Assembly (NCBI GenBank): GCA_030141605.1
Contig: JAQGDQ010000002.1
Location: 2,480,001-2,544,000 of the forward strand
Reading direction: 5' to 3'
DNA length: 64,000 nt
From: Tubiluchus corallicola
Taxonomy: Eukaryota > Animalia > Priapulida
The translations under genes and the position numbers were made by a program. The notes below the pieces were generated by a model. It was not told the DNA's origin and ran no database searches. It was given only the letters and a program-made list of their open reading frames with translations. Below are positions 27,701-43,100 of this stretch, one piece after another; position 1 is the first letter of the stretch; each line of letters opens with the position of its first letter.

Positions 27701-29101
27701 TTATAAAATTGGCCTTATTACACGCATCTAAAATACACCTAATCAAATCCATAATAACACAGCTTGCCGGGGAGCTGGGAGGACCTTATGATGCATGTAA
27801 TCTGCCATATAGCTGACAGTTTTTATTTATTAATGGCACGCTTTAGTAGTTGACGCCATCTGCTCACTATTGCTCAGACCTGACTAACCAGAAATATTTT
27901 TCGCTCAGTAGTTTTTTAAATTAAAGCTTGCAGGATCCCAGGAACAATTTTGCGAATGCAATTTTTTTAAAATACGTCATATGTAAAATAGCACAAATGG
28001 ACTTAGTGGACCCAAGATCACGTATGCCAAACTTTCATAGTTATGCCAAAGTTACCAAAATCCCTTAAAGCAAAAGTCTTCCAGATCTGCATGCAGTAGT
28101 CATGTACATGCAAACTATGTGTCAAAAAACGCCAATTACAAAAAGTATTATCTAAAATGAATATATATATATGCGTCCATAAAATTTCTAAATACAAAGC
28201 TACCAGTAGTCGACACAGGAACCACAATGATGAATAATTTCGGGTAACTAAACAAACAGAAGCAAGTGGCGCCAATCGGCGGTAACAGAATTTGGTGGAA
28301 ACAAAGGATTAGGAAGTGTGCACGTGTCTAGCAAACAACAGCTGAAGAAGCACTTTACGTTTACATGTGTTCAACACTGCGAGTTATACATAATGACCGA
28401 GCATCGATCGGCGAATAGTGAAAAATGGCAAAAATTCAGCCAAGCACCAGCATTCAAAAAGCAGTAAAGCACAGCAACTGAAGCTCCATCTACAAGGAAG
28501 AGAGACACAGAAATGATGAAAGCAATGAGCAATAATTACTGATATTACCAGTACTGTGCGTTGAAAAGTGTAAGATATTTTTAAAAAACAAATGTGAATG
28601 CGACTGTATATCCCTACTATACATTACCACTTGAAATGAATCACCCCACGCCTGTATACTCTATTCTCTATACTCTATAGTCCTGTCGTGTCATTTTCGT
28701 GCATACTCTGCCAGTGTACAAGCAGTTTTGGCTTTCGAATTATATTTTCGTTTACCTCTTAGTGACAAACACAATGTTTAAATAAGGCCGCTAAAATCGT
28801 AAGTAGCCATAAATGACCCCACTTTGGTACTAATTGGGTCAAACAATATCTATCAATCCTCTGCGATAGATTACCAATACGTTTGGTTAGCGAGCTAAAC
28901 TGAAATCAAGCTTCTATACTTGAATCAAAAGAGGCCTTTTGCAATTCCTTTCATTTATTTTTTGACTGGAACTGGGTTGTTATGGTGACGACAGTAACGT
29001 TAATACAACGTGCAAAATCAGTCTGGCATGAGTTCCTTCAATGCCAATTGAAGTTCAGCGGAAATTCAGAACACCATATGAACCGCACTATTCTCCCACT
29101 A

Positions 29102-29186
29102 TTAACAATGTAGTTTTTCAAGAAGGTGCACCGGTTAACAATGTAGTTTTTCAAGAACGTGCAGCCCTTAACAATGCAGTTTTTTT
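29102..29186. repeat. ~33-bp tandem repeat, about 2.5 copies
   Basis: TTAACAATGTAGTTTTTCAAGAA unit. Confidence 0.8.
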
Positions 29187-32100
29187 CGTCAAACTTGACT
29201 AAAAGAATAGCCCAAGGTTATAGTTCATTTGTGCCAATTTCCAAACATTTTAATTCGTTTGTTAAAAAAACAGAAAATGTAAAGTGTATAGTGACTTATG
29301 AGACACCCTATATTTGTACACTAAGACTGCTGCAATTTTAGCACCTTTTCATTTTTTATCATAAATTACACTAGGCCGGAATGCAAAGCATTCAGTTACT
29401 CGATTATTGAGTTTCCTGCCCAACTACCTGGATATGTCACTTAGAACACAACTTAAATATTCCGTGCAATGTGTTTTTTCTTCGATAAAATTTAGAAATG
29501 AAGGAGTAACTCTACAATACAAAACCAGGCTAAAATGTGTTACATGCACATCGAAACAATTTCGGCATCACGGCGAAACTTTGCAAGGGAGTAACCCAAT
29601 AAGTGAGAGTCTCAGAATGATGTACGGAAACGCGACGTTTTTAAGACTGTACAAATTGTTAAAACTTGTAATAACATTTGCTCGACAAGAAACAATAAAC
29701 AAGTAATTCAACTCAGACTTTCGAATCTCTCAAACACGTGCACTAATATTTCGAATTGGATAAATAAGCACCAAGCAGGCACAAAACCCAACATTCAGCC
29801 ATTTATTTGATTTAAAAATACAAAACTCGACATTTTCTAAAAACATGACAACAAAAATATCAGATTTTTGATTTTACAAATTTCGAAAACTTTCTGCAAA
29901 ATCCACTCTGAAATGTTTATTGTGGCATCACTTTATGTATTGTATCTTATGGTTACTAGATTAAGCTCCATAATTACACAGAAGACAATTAATTTTGCAA
30001 TGCGTCATCAATGCAATAAGCATTAATTGAAAAGCATGAATTTTTAGAAACCATACAAATTTTTTCGTCTTCAAAGCTAGCAGAAACAAACATGCCAAAA
30101 TGTGTACTAATTGCTCAAAGTTTTCACGTCTTCAATTTTCGCACGCAGTTTGCATTTTTCGTCACTGCGCAAAACAAACAGCATTTTAAAAACACGTGCT
30201 GAAATTCCTAGCATATCAAAAGAGTAGATGTTTTGCTCCAAGCATCTCGTGCATGCAGGATATTCTACTCGAAGCATGTGCCATGGCCTTGACAGTTACA
30301 GAGAATACGCAACCAAAAAATCTAATTGGACAAACATCGTCCTTTCGCTCACCAACTTAAAATTCTGCAGGCGTCAATTGTAGTGCCCGGCAAATGCGGA
30401 ATTTTTTGTGTTAGTTTTAAAAACTTGTAACGAAATCTGAGCCATATTACAATAGATAGTAACTAAATGCCAATTATTTGTCAATCTTGTTCACAGTAAT
30501 TGGGAAAATCCGGAAGTTAAAGGTCAGTAAAAGGTCATTATCCTAAAAATGACCAAATACGCACAATTTAAGTGGTGCATGGTAGCACTAGGTCGATAGG
30601 CGCATTTTTAAGCAGTTTTAATATTTTTATAAAACAAGTCGCAGATAGGGCACACAGATAACTTTACAACATGCGATCGGTTGAGCGATGCGATAGTCAT
30701 CAACTAAAAATTACTTTGCTCCTGCCTCATCACTGCAATAGACCAAATATCACTGTCAGTAAAGACTCAGTGCTGCTGAGGATTGACAGTGTTTCTTTTT
30801 GTTAAATAATTATGTCTGACAAAAAAAACACTAACTGCAACTGCACTGCTACAAAATGCACAGATGTTTTCATTATCTGAAGCTACATATCACCGGTTCT
30901 GCACAATATGGCTTCCTTTACTTAACAGTTACAGGACTCTCTCTTGACACAAACAACAGAACACCAGAAGCTGATACTAATCTGAGTAGCTAATCCATGG
31001 GAAGTCTGCAGACTGCTGTATGTATATTTAAGTAGTAGGTTAGATAAATCATTGCCTGGGTAACATAACATCTAGCTAGTAAAAGTTGTAAACAGACTGG
31101 AACAGGAACCTTGACTTTTAATAGAGAAAGTCAAATATAATTTATATGATTTTAATATATGAGCTACACTGTACAGAAGCTGTTTAGTGTAGTGTAGTCG
31201 TTGCTCTGTGGTTAGATACCTTCATTGCAGAGGTAACCTTCCTTCCAACTAACAATTTACACAATACCAACATAGTTTAAGCAAGTTTGACTTTTTACTG
31301 TGAAAAACGTATTGATTACAATTCATGCATTGAACTTAGCAATTCTGCATTATTACCACTGTTTCTAATGCAATGTTAAAACTACTGTTTCTAATGCAAT
31401 GTTAACGAAATTTATAAACTTGCACACAAGGGCGCGCTGATGCATCGATCCTATGTGGCTTGTAAGGTCACAGCTAGTCATGGCTAATAGAGCTGTGAGC
31501 ATTATCATGTGCTGATGGAGGAGCAAGGTAAGCCGGCAAATTAAAGGTTGTTATGAAATTTAGCAAGAACTGGGGTCACAGCCAAAAGCGCAATAGCGTT
31601 AGCCCATAAAGGAAGAATTAGAAAATGTAAACAAATGAAAACTGCAACGCAGGTGCCTTTCATTTTAATATTTTTACGAAAACGACGGTTGCCCTGACGC
31701 ACAGAAGCCTGAAAGACAGCAAACACGTGGCGGCGTAGTAACTGACAGAGCTGTACTGCTAAGTAATTGGTTTGGCGGTGGATTAATTAAACTACAGTTA
31801 CTAGATTATCTGACTGCCATTGACCCGATTTTTTTCAAATCTGTAGATAATGGTTAGAATCGCTACGGTTAGAATGGTTGCGCCATTAACAATATTGTAC
31901 AGAAAACCATTGTGAAACCCACAAGAAACTTGCAAAATGTATGAATTCGTCAGACAAGATTAAAGACTGAAACAATGCATGTTAGATGTTTTTCAGTGAC
32001 CACATACCATTGTGCATGTAAAAACTCAGCAATCACTAACAACGGCGAATGTGAAAGTTGCGTATTTAGTTCACATCGTAGCTTCAAGTGTCGCGCATGC

Positions 32101-33152
32101 GTAATAGAACGTAGTGTAAATGTATTACATTGCTATGTTCAGTAATATGTTTTACAGCCTAGACTCCACTAAAAGGTAAAATGTCACCGAGCGCTGGCAT
32201 ACATGGGTCGGCTACTCAGAAATGACAGAGTAATATTTTCTAGACGCCTGCCGCCTGTTCAAGCTCACATTTTTACAACATCCTGCGACATTTATCACCT
32301 AGTTGGTTCTGCTGCCAAGCATGGGTAATCTTTTAGATAGAACTACATAACAGTACTGAGCCCAATTCACAAAAATAGCAGTTTGATTATTAAGAGATAA
32401 TTTTACAGTTACTGTTAGCACAATCAAGTTGAAGAGATGTAAGAAACTAAACAAACTATGCCTAGTTACCTATAATCCAGCACTCACAACTTCAAATTTT
32501 GAGTGCTTTTGAGGTTTTTTAATTAAAGTTGTAAAGTCTTCATCAATGCACGATCAATTCGCAGCCAAATGATGAGGAATAATTGTGCTTAGTAGCAAGC
32601 AAAATTAGTTAATTTGCACTTGCACTTACCTGAAGAGAATATGCGTTACATTTGCAGTTTTAATTTTGAAAAAAAATGAATGCCAATATCCGAGTTCTTC
32701 GATTACCGAAAAAGAAAATGGACATTTTATTTAAGAATAAGGTTGAAACAGAATTAAAAATACTTAAAATGTAATTTTATTGCTTTTTCACTTCATAACT
32801 TCTTCCTTTTGCAAGTTTTTTCTATTGTCCTCCCTTTTCGTCATCGAATAATAGTTATCATTATCATTTTTACTTTCGAAATTTCGCAGTAATAATTGTT
32901 GCATTACCAAGGACCAAGACATTTCATCTGTACATGTTATAAACAAACAGATCATTCACCCTTCCAGTAAACTTTCGGCACTAAAGAGTTAACTGAGAAA
33001 AGGTATCTTTGTTTCAATGATACTCAAAGCTTGCTTCATTAATGATGGCTTTCAAACTGTGCTCCGCTAACGATTCCGGTTGAGAAATTTATTTACCGTT
33101 AATCAAACTCAAGTTTTTCTTTTCTATATTTTCAATGCAGAGAGGATGAGAG

Positions 33153-33155
<3 letters not shown>

Positions 33156-33230
<75 letters not shown>

Positions 33231-33265
33231 TGCGTGTGTGTGTGTGTGAGCGAGTGCGTGTGTGT
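33156..33265. repeat. (TG)n microsatellite
   Basis: seen directly. Confidence 0.95.
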
Positions 33266-35093
33266 TAAGTAACAGTAACGACCACCGATCACTTAAGGGT
33301 TAAAATGTTTTTATTTGAAGTAGTCAGGCCACGGTGGATTGTGATGACTCATTACTATACGCTGTGCAATACAGATGAGATGCACGTGTAGGATGCAAAC
33401 GCGGCTGGAGAGCTCAGCAGCATCAGTACCAACTGACTCATGGGACTCGAGCAAACTCAATAAATTCGTGACAACTATTCACTAATGCTAAATATCTACG
33501 TTTGTCAACGGGAGAAACCAATGTTACGGATGACCCGAATCCACTTAGAAAGCGTCGACAGATAAGCAACAAACGTTAAGGCCGGTTCACATATCGGACT
33601 CGCCGAGTGCTGTACTTCATAATCGCACTATTTTAACTTCATCTAACGAGAAATAAGAGCAGCTTTTCAGCTATACTCAATGCAGTACATAAACACAAAT
33701 GTTTCATATTGTTTGAAACTCTAACAACAAATCAGAAACGTGTAAAAATGGGAACGATTGATTTGTAAAGTTTAGAACACATATGTAGGTGACCATATAT
33801 AGCCAAAAGGCCTCTTTTACAGCAACTATGACTTTACACGTATAATTGGCATTATGCACTTCTAAATATGGTAGTTATAATTCTAATTTATAGCTGTCGC
33901 AGTTAGAAACGTTACACAGTAAATGCGTAATAGTCTAAATTACAGTAACACAGAGTACATATGCACTATATACGTATTACATTAAATTTATGTCTAACAA
34001 TAATTGTCCAAACAGTTTTATACGAGAATATCTTTACACGTTGCTAGAGAAAATTTTATAGTAATAATGTGCAGTTAACGAATATCAGCTGCCACTCGTG
34101 GAAAGGCAGAGAAAGAACCGTTCAACGCGTCATCGTTTTGCATTTTTTTCGTAAATTGTCCCCAAAAGTCACTTGACCATAAATATAAGTATATGTGGCA
34201 AAATCATGTACATCGACGTCACATACACTGACAAAACTTCTAATAACACATAATCTGCAAATTATACGTAATTTCCTCTTATCGTTCATTTCTGCAGAGT
34301 GTAGAGCAATTATGAAGTCTGGCGCGAATTGTGTAATTGCGCAATAAAATGCAATTTATATAAGCACATCGATTTGCCTGAGAAAGTCTGCACAACGTTA
34401 CCAACTTACCAGTACACGTACAGTCAATACTCAATAGGCGGTTTAATCGATTACCAAAATACCTAGGTTTTTGCAACTAAGTACTTGAGCTGCTCAATAC
34501 AAAGTCTGTGTAGCCAGGTAGCTATAACCCCATCACCTTTTCCCATTAATGACAATATTTTTTTTAATTTTCTTGAGTGCATTATAATAGTCTATATATT
34601 AACTTTCAATTGTATAGTCATACACCGAGACCTCACAGCACATTTACAAAGTACAGTAAAGTGGAGGTAGCTACTGAACGTGGGTGTCTCCGGAACCCCG
34701 CTGGTTTGCGCTAACCTTTTATTGATGAAATAAATATTTGGCTTCATCATCATTACAGGAAGCCGATGATAAGAATCTGAGGATGCAAACCAACCCACAA
34801 GAGTAGCAACAGTACACAGGATAAATATTGGATCAACTGTATAATTATTATTAACTACAAAAGGCGAAAGGCAGATGAGGCTAATTCAGTAATTCTGATT
34901 ATCAAATGATGTATATGATGAAATAATTGTAAGTTCTCGAAAATCTTTCCTACATACATAAACTGGACAAGCATTCTAGAAAGTATGGATTAAATGTTTC
35001 TTCACATTCAGTAATTAGTTGAATTTGGTCCAACAGAGACTCACGAAAAAGAAACCAGGATTTTGTTATTATTTGATCACTTACAGACGGGGA

Positions 35094-35178
35094 AGAGAGA
35101 GGGGCAGAGGAGAGAGCGAGAGGAGAGAAAGAGAGAGACAGAGGAGAGAGAGAGAGGTGAGAGAGAGAGATAAAGAGA
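35094..35178. repeat. imperfect (GA)n microsatellite
   Basis: seen directly. Confidence 0.85.
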
Positions 35179-38100
35179 AATCATTTGTACTGACATTCAA
35201 CTAAATCCGGAATCTAACGTGAAATACGCAGGCCATATTATCACGGATCCTGGCACTAATGATGAGGACAACAAGGGGCAAAAACGTTTGTTAGCTGTAA
35301 GAGTAAATATGATTTATTTGTAACTGTGGAAGATAAATTAAAATGACGCTTTTTTAAAATTACTGCATTTCTATTTACGGAATGTCCACACGGAGAAAGT
35401 TTTCCTCTTATAATTACAGAAATATTAAAATAATTATAATAACATATCAGAAAATTATTTTCACGTCAGCATGATTGCGTTTGGACTACAACATCCCCAT
35501 GACATCATAGTTTAACGATCAGCCCACCCTTTATTTGTTAGATTACAAAATTAAAAAAACTTTTCAGGAATTAAGAAATATATTCTAAATACCAATGTCT
35601 ATTTTCAGGCTGAAATATTTAAAATAATTCGAAATGAATTACACATTGGACTTCCAAGCTATAGCTAACTGAGGCAGATTGTATGGCTAAGATAGATAAA
35701 TGCATATTCACGAAATTGTATTATAACTTTAATGTTAGTATTTTTATCATTGTAATGTCGTAGTTCTAGATGCTTGTGTAATTGTGCATGTGTCATTTTG
35801 TGTAATGCATGGCCCATAGCGTTCGAAATAAAGAAATAAACTAAAGAATAATCTAAGAGAAAGGAGGAGGAAGGGAGACTGAGATTTTATGTTCATGCTA
35901 GTGGATCATGGGAGTGGTAAGTGGAAGCAGATTGACTGGATGGCAAGAACCCAATAATGGTAAATGATGCAAAAATCTTTGTTTCAGTTGGCTTGATCTA
36001 GAAGACCGCAAAACTCACACGCATTTGTTATATTAAGTTCCTTGGTTTCTTTCTCAGTTACCATGTGATTAATGGAGGAGTATCGTCGCTTTTACTAACA
36101 ACCTAATAACCGCTGTGAGTCATAGAAGCCATGCCCACGACTGTGTAAAGTGGTGAACTAACATGAAACCTTGCCTATTCTCAATGGCTTCTTCGTGAAT
36201 TGCCATCCACCCAAATAAGAGTTCACAACCTCGTAAGCACCTTGCTGCATCTGGTGAGCATTCGCAAATTTTCTCAGCATGTAGTGTTATACAACGCTGA
36301 CAAGAGCAACGTCTGCCGACTGCCAACCGGGGTTGTTTACAAAATTATGAACAGAAAGGTTCCTGCAACTTCCCGTTTGATGACAAAACAGAAATTCTTC
36401 TTTGTCTTACAGTATCTGTAGATAGCAAGTCTGATGGTAGAGAGGGGAAGGAAGACCCACAACTACTAAAATGTTGAGTAATTGCAATTATCATAACAAT
36501 AATTATCCTAACTATTGCTGCACAGATTCTGGGCTACTATTTAGATCCTGAGGATTTTACGCTATATTTACTTCTTCGACAATTCCCAGGGTTAACGTAT
36601 TGGGAGTACTACTACTAGTCTTGCAACAATATTCACGTAGGTTCGAGTAAGCCAGACAGTTTATTAGTTTTACACCAATCCGAAAGACAGTTTGCAATTC
36701 ATGCTGATCCAGAAAGAAAACTGAAATACGTAAAGACAGAGGTAGCATCGGCAAATTAGAAGATTTTAGAGTCATTCTCTAACATGTTAATGTGATTTAC
36801 ATATAGCAAAAATGAAAGCGGGTCTAGAATTTGAGTCATCGTTTGTAACGGCGCGTTCAGACTAGCGAGTTTTCTTTCAGACAGCTGTTTTGCGAGTTAC
36901 TATCGGCAGTTATTGCGAGTTGACTTTCTGCGAGCTACTGTCTAGTGAGAATGCCTCGGCAAGTGACCCTCGAGACTTCTCGCAGTGAAAAGAGAAGGAA
37001 GCGTCAGCTCGCCCTTACTGTCGGAGAGTAACTCACAGCAAATTTTGCTCTCTAGTCTGAACACGTTTGTGAGTTACTTGGCGAAAAAACTGTGTATCTG
37101 GAATGTGCATAATTGGTTTCGCAATTATTTAACTATTCGCAGTCAAGTTGTAAAGCGTGGTGTTATAATAGCAAAGTTGTGAAGTGTGGCGTTATTACAT
37201 CACAATTCACAACTTGGCTATAATCAGTTAAATAATAGCGAAATCATGAATCAGTTATGACCCTGATCCCGTTAATAAAGCAGGATAAAGTGATCAACCG
37301 TATCGAAGGCCTTCAATAGGTCACAAAATACAACAGTAATTGAGTTGTTTGCCATAACGCTAACAACTTTTCATAAACTTTTATTAGAGCTATGTCACAA
37401 CGTACCCCTTGTGGAAACGATCACAGGTTGATGTAATATCAACGTAACGTACAAAATGTATTAATAAAATTGTTAAATAGATTAATATAAATCTCGCGTC
37501 ACATGCCAGACGCGTCTATTTAATATAGGCACCGGCTAAACAAGTCTATTGCTAGGTTTTTCTTCAATACATTTACATACTCATTATTTTATAAGCTGTG
37601 AGGACAAAAGTACTGCAAACAAATGACCTAGCAGCGGCTGATTTAGGGCCTAGAACTTGTTCAATAGAGCCGTAGACAATTCTCATCTCGACTTTATTCA
37701 TAAAATTACCATGGTTATCTTTTACGTTTTTCACTTATTTACAGCTCAAAGTTATCTCACTACACCGTCATCGCGTGTGGTGCACACACGTCAGAGATGG
37801 TACATTTCGCGTATTATAAACCCAATTCGCCGATTTCAATGAACTTTTTAAGACACGAGAAAAAGTTAAATGGGTATGCGTAGGTCATCCAAACTTATCT
37901 GTCCAAGCGACTAACATTCAACAGTGATTACCTTGACATCAAGTGCTTACATCAGAATTACAGGAAGCCTTTTGCGAACCAAGAGCAAAACTCACAAAAA
38001 TAGCTACAGAAATAGTTATTCCAGGCTCAGCAGCTGCTTCCTGTTTATTAACCCTTTCGCGTTAAGCAAGAGACTGCAAAGATGTAATTTCTCTATGAGA

Positions 38101-39886
38101 GAACAAAATTTGTTTAGTTAGAACTAAATTGTTCTTTCTATCTAGGCTAGCTCTACCTACAAAATTCCAAATAAATTGTAAACGTATTAATAAGATACAA
38201 TTAATAATAAATATGATGAGACGAATTCGCATCCAAACTAGCTACTAATACCAAATCACTTTACCAGTATACAGCACATTAATTGTCAATTTGTTACAAA
38301 AAAGCTCTTCAAAGGTCTGTGAACCTCTCAACAGTTGAACTAAAAGATTATCACATTCAGACAAAAACCGCAAAAACTCCAAGAAAGCACTCTTCAAATA
38401 CGCGCTCACGGCTGTAAGCCTACATTTTTTTCGGCCAGTTCAAATTCTCGACAAAAAAGAACTTCGTAACCTATCTGATGATGATGGCATACTAATTTCC
38501 CACTCGAATTTTCATTTATTTGCTTATTCGCCTATTTGTTCCTTATATTACAATTATTCATACATTTATATACTCGTCTGCAATTTTAAAAGAAAAAGTC
38601 GTACAAGTAGTGAAGCTACTAGTTTCATAACTTCACTAGCTCGCGTGAAAAATACTTTTACCAATATTCTCTTCCCATGAATACTACATGACCTAATACT
38701 GAAAGCGACTAGACCGCCACCTATCAAATTGTCCCACCTGCCTTACCTGTAACAAGTGCTATTAAATAGTCATTATTACAAGTGCGCTTGAATTTTGTAA
38801 GTGAATAGTAATCGACTTGACAAACATGGTTATTTATCGTCAAAAACACTTTGCTAAATGTGTAATTTGGAGAAAGGCGACTGATGTTGTCCAGCGGTGG
38901 GTAGTACAACGAATACACTGCACTCCGTATTTCATAAATGTTTGCTGTGCCATTGTGTCATTGCTGATCACTACGAAATTTGAAAACTCCAAAAAGCAGT
39001 AATTATTTAAAATTTTGTTACGATTTTTTAATTTTAAGTGATTTTGTCCTTCTGATGAACAAATCTGCAAATGCCACGTAATCGGTTCTGTTCTTCAATC
39101 TTTTTTCAATTACTTACATGTCTTTTCAACTACATACGAGCACCTTATGGTTATAAAGCGGTAGCTCCTAATTCCTGATCACAGCCATCGCATTTTTGTT
39201 GCTGCGAATGCACTAGGCCAAAGAAATCCGCAAAGAGTCGTTAAAATCTTATAACATAAGTACGTACACATGCGGACGCTATTTATTCAACAGTCACTTA
39301 CATACAGGAGTTTCGTAGTGCCAAAAATATATGACGTGTGTAACGTCACTGTAAGCATTAGCCTACCATGAAACGTCGTCAGAAACGTAGATGTCGTTTT
39401 GAATTTTTGCAAGTAAGCTTTCAAACGTTTTCTTTCAGTCGACATACAAGTATATTTAAAAAAAATCTCATCAGCTAAGAGTACAGTTCGGCCATCACAC
39501 CTCAGCACGATTTCGATTTGTTAATCGAATGCACCCATTATCTGCTTTTCTAATTCTTCTTTACTAGCCTCAGAAGCCTATAAGACATTGAAACGTCTAA
39601 AATCTCCTCATTCGCTTCCATCTTTCTTGCTGTTTGCGCCCTCAAACGTAGCGCGGGAAGCAGATTTTGCATGTTGGATGCAGGTCAAGTTTGTCGGGGG
39701 TCTGCACCTTAGGGTTTTATACGTAAAAATATTTTGAACGGTTCAAAGGGTTAAGCTATGTCGACTTGTTGAGGAAAATATAAAATATGTGAGAATGATA
39801 GTTTAGTATCTAGAGTAAATGGTTAAAACACTGATATACAATACAATAGATACGTGATTAGATGCTTCTCAATGGTTCACACATCA

Positions 39887-40444
39887 TTAAAGGAAAACCG
39901 GATGATTGTGTAAACATTAGTTCAGAATAAAGAATGCTCAAAAAATATTGAAAACTACAATAGCTTTTCTTAAATCAAAGCTTAGATTAAATAATAATTA
40001 CCTCGGATACTCAAATTTCGTTAAACTTTCAAAGTTACGCGCGGCTGAGTGAATCTACAAAGATTGGCAGCGGCGCCTTTTTGTCACATTCGCGTGGCCG
40101 ACAAACAGAAGATGGTACGGTGATAAGCATGATCATGAACTGCAGGGTTAGTTTCTGACGTCATATGATGTAAAGCACATTTTTCGGGACATTATGCGTT
40201 TAAACAGTACTGTGACACTTATGCAAATGTGCTTGATGCGCAAGGGAAGACGCCTGCCATTGCACAAACTGTGGTTAGTTTCTGACGTAAGCAATAGCTG
40301 TGTTCGGTTGCCGTTAATTAACTTTCTAAGGTAATTATTCAAATATAAGGAACAATTGTTAACTATTATAGACAAGAAAATGTATATTTTGGACGGTAAA
40401 TTAAAATGAGATTGAGTCTAAACAATCGTCCGGACTTCCTTTAA
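39887..40444. mobile_element. Kolobok-type MITE with TTAA TSD and ~19-bp TIRs
   Basis: TTAA|AGGAAAACCGGATGATTGT ... ACAATCGTCCGGACTTCCT|TTAA (16/19 inverted match). Confidence 0.72.
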
Positions 40445-41378
40445 AAAGTATAGTTTAACAAAATTTGTGTGCACGGGGACTTTGGCTGCCACGCTTTCAA
40501 AGATCACCGTTACCATAGCAACCGATGGCTGTCTCTATACCGAAGCTGTCCAGAGAGAGCAAAATCGGATACCACGGCAGCCCACAGATGTCATTTTCAG
40601 TTATTTTGAGATTTTCATGGCATGTGGCGTCAGACAGAAGCTTTCTGGAAAATGGAAATGGCGGTAATAAAAGTGGCCGTAATTATGCACCAGGCAAAAT
40701 ATAAGAAAATGGCTACTGGATCATAGTACAATCATCATCGCTATAATGGAATCAATTACCAAAATCAAGGAAACATTAGCCGCTAACTGCAAGCTTTTTT
40801 AAAATTAATATCTGAGCACATTGTAACCAACAACTTTGTTGTGTTAATACTGCCTACGAAACATCAGCACAAGCTACCCAATTGTAACCAACAATTATAC
40901 TGCCTTCCTTTATGAAAAAATGTCAACAAGTCCCAGCAAAAAATGAATATTTTCTAAAACAGTAGGAAAAAGAGAGTACCAAAAGAACCTGATTCTATTT
41001 AAGCTGTTTGTAAGGTTTTCCGTAAATGTATGTGCACAGTTGCTATGTAGAATACGTGTGTACTATGTAGAATGATCAGTATACTGACTTCCAGTTATCT
41101 TTAATAATAAAAATTTTTATGAAACACTGATCCCCATTCACTAGTAAACTTTACCCAGGGGGATACACCTTAAAAATACCATTACCAGTACAATTTCACT
41201 AATATGCCATTTAAAATCTAAAGCTGATGAAGATCCATTCAGAACCCACTCTGTAAAACAGGTACCATGTAGTCAAACACGGCAAAGTCCAAAACTTGTA
41301 ATTATAAAGAAAAAACTTATATAATCTAATATGCCAGTTTAAAGCAAAATCAATCTCAATGTTAAACTTTGGGTAAAA

Positions 41379-41692
41379 GGTAAATTTGAAATTTGAATTT
41401 TTATCTTAAAAGATGCTGAGTTTTACAACACACTGAATATCTTACAGTAGCACTGTACTTCAATTTTGCTTTCACAAACACGTTCAACACGCTCATGGCA
41501 TGTTTTAGCTGTTGAAAATTATGTTAGTTTGTGATGTTATCAATAGTTGAGTTCGCCCACCATTAATTAAGTTTTAAATCTATTATTTAATTGTCAGAAA
41601 TGCTTTTGCAGTATTAACTGTCTTAAAATGTAAACTTTTTATTGAACATGAAAATGGGATAGCATATGAAAAATCATCCTGTCTTCCTTTAA
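41379..41692 (-). mobile_element. truncated inverted copy of the 22.5-kb Kolobok-type MITE
   Basis: reverse complement TTAAAGGAAGACAGGATGATTTTTCA...AAAATTGAAGTACAGTGCTAC...TTCAAATTTCAAATTTACC aligns by eye with 22534-22829. Confidence 0.7.
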
Positions 41693-42189
41693 TTTACTTA
41701 CCTTAATAAACGTTTCTATTGTTGCAATAGGAAACTTGAACTTCACCATCTAAGAATATTTTAAGTAATCCAAAATCCAAACTAATCCAGAAAACTTAAA
41801 CTGAGGACTAACTGAACTGCTTTAGAGTAGAGTGGAAGAAGGCAATTTTCTCTGCTATTTGTCATGTTCAACATGCTCAATAAAGCTGACAATACTTACA
41901 TTAAAGGGACAATAAACTCCTGCTGGACAACTGTGTAGAGATGTTGTCAAGCTGACCTTGAGCTATACAAGGGATTATCAGTTTACTGCCTAGTGATGAC
42001 TGCTACCCATCGTTGTGTTAAAGTATCTAGTATCAACTAAATAGACTGCCATACAAAAACCATTCAAAGTTTTTATCATTTTTACTTAGTTTCAAAGTTA
42101 TTCTGGCCTTTTCAACTTTATACAGTTTTTACAATGAGTCTATCAACCAAATCTCTTAACAGAATATCTCACAAAAAACTGATACTACT

Positions 42190-43100
42190 AAAACTGTAGT
42201 TGATATATCTGCAGTTTTGCAAAGAAACCAATACAAGTTTGGACAAATATACATCTTTGATAACAAAAAAGTAAGAACAAACAGGCTGGGACAATATCTA
42301 ATGAACAGTATTTTGTGGAGAGATTTTTTACCGGATATGGTTTCAAAAGCTTAAAATCACGAGGAGTAAAATTATGGAATTCGTTGCCAAAAGAAACCTT
42401 CGAAGGTAGCTTATTTTCTGCTTCCAAAAGATACACGAAAATCTTACTAAATGAATATACCTATAGTACGTAACTTGTAAGACCACAAATAAGCAAGCTA
42501 GCTAGTTTTTTTGTTTTTTTCCTCATCTCCTAAGTAATTGTTGCTCTTTCTCATACTTCCTTTTGCTCATGAATTTTTCTATATGACACTCTTTTTCATG
42601 CTTTTTTCCATACTCCCAGTTTTTAACTTTACCCACTAACATTAGTCAAATTCTCCTGTTAATAAGACCCTGTTTGAAACTACTACTTTAATACTACTAG
42701 TACATATAATAATCCTAATTACTGAATAATCTACTTTCATTCATAAAATTCCCCCATCTCTAAAAAATCATACTAAATAAATGAAATTGTTGTCTCTTTC
42801 TGTTATACATTACCAAAAATATTTCGCAAGTGATCTTTATTGTTTTATTACGTTACTTACAAACCTTTTGTTGTCCCCAAAATTGCATTGTTTTGTTTAG
42901 ATTTATGTATTTAACTTTATTATTTTTGTTTTACGTTTTTTTGGATACTTTGTACTATTTTTTTCTTATTTGTTTTTGTTAACTGCAGCATTACCGTTTA
43001 TTTTTAATATACCAATCTATCTATAAGAAAGGGCAGGAGATTAGATGACCCTATGGTCCCTTCCTGCCCTGCTCCATGATTACAATCATTCAATATTTAA
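42190..43100 (+). mobile_element. 3' remnant of a CR1/L2-group LINE
   Basis: + frame NEQYFVERFFTGYGFKSLKSRGVKLWNSLPKE...LLNEYTYST* (stop 42471-42473), typical RT ORF C-terminus; CR1-like 3' stem-loop GGGCAGGA..TAGATGACC CTAT GGTCCCTTCCTGCCC at 43031-43070. Confidence 0.6.

Noticed and set aside
41150-41370. Minus-strand LINE-RT-like fragments (IEIDFALNWHI)
   Set aside because: Too degenerate to call without a search
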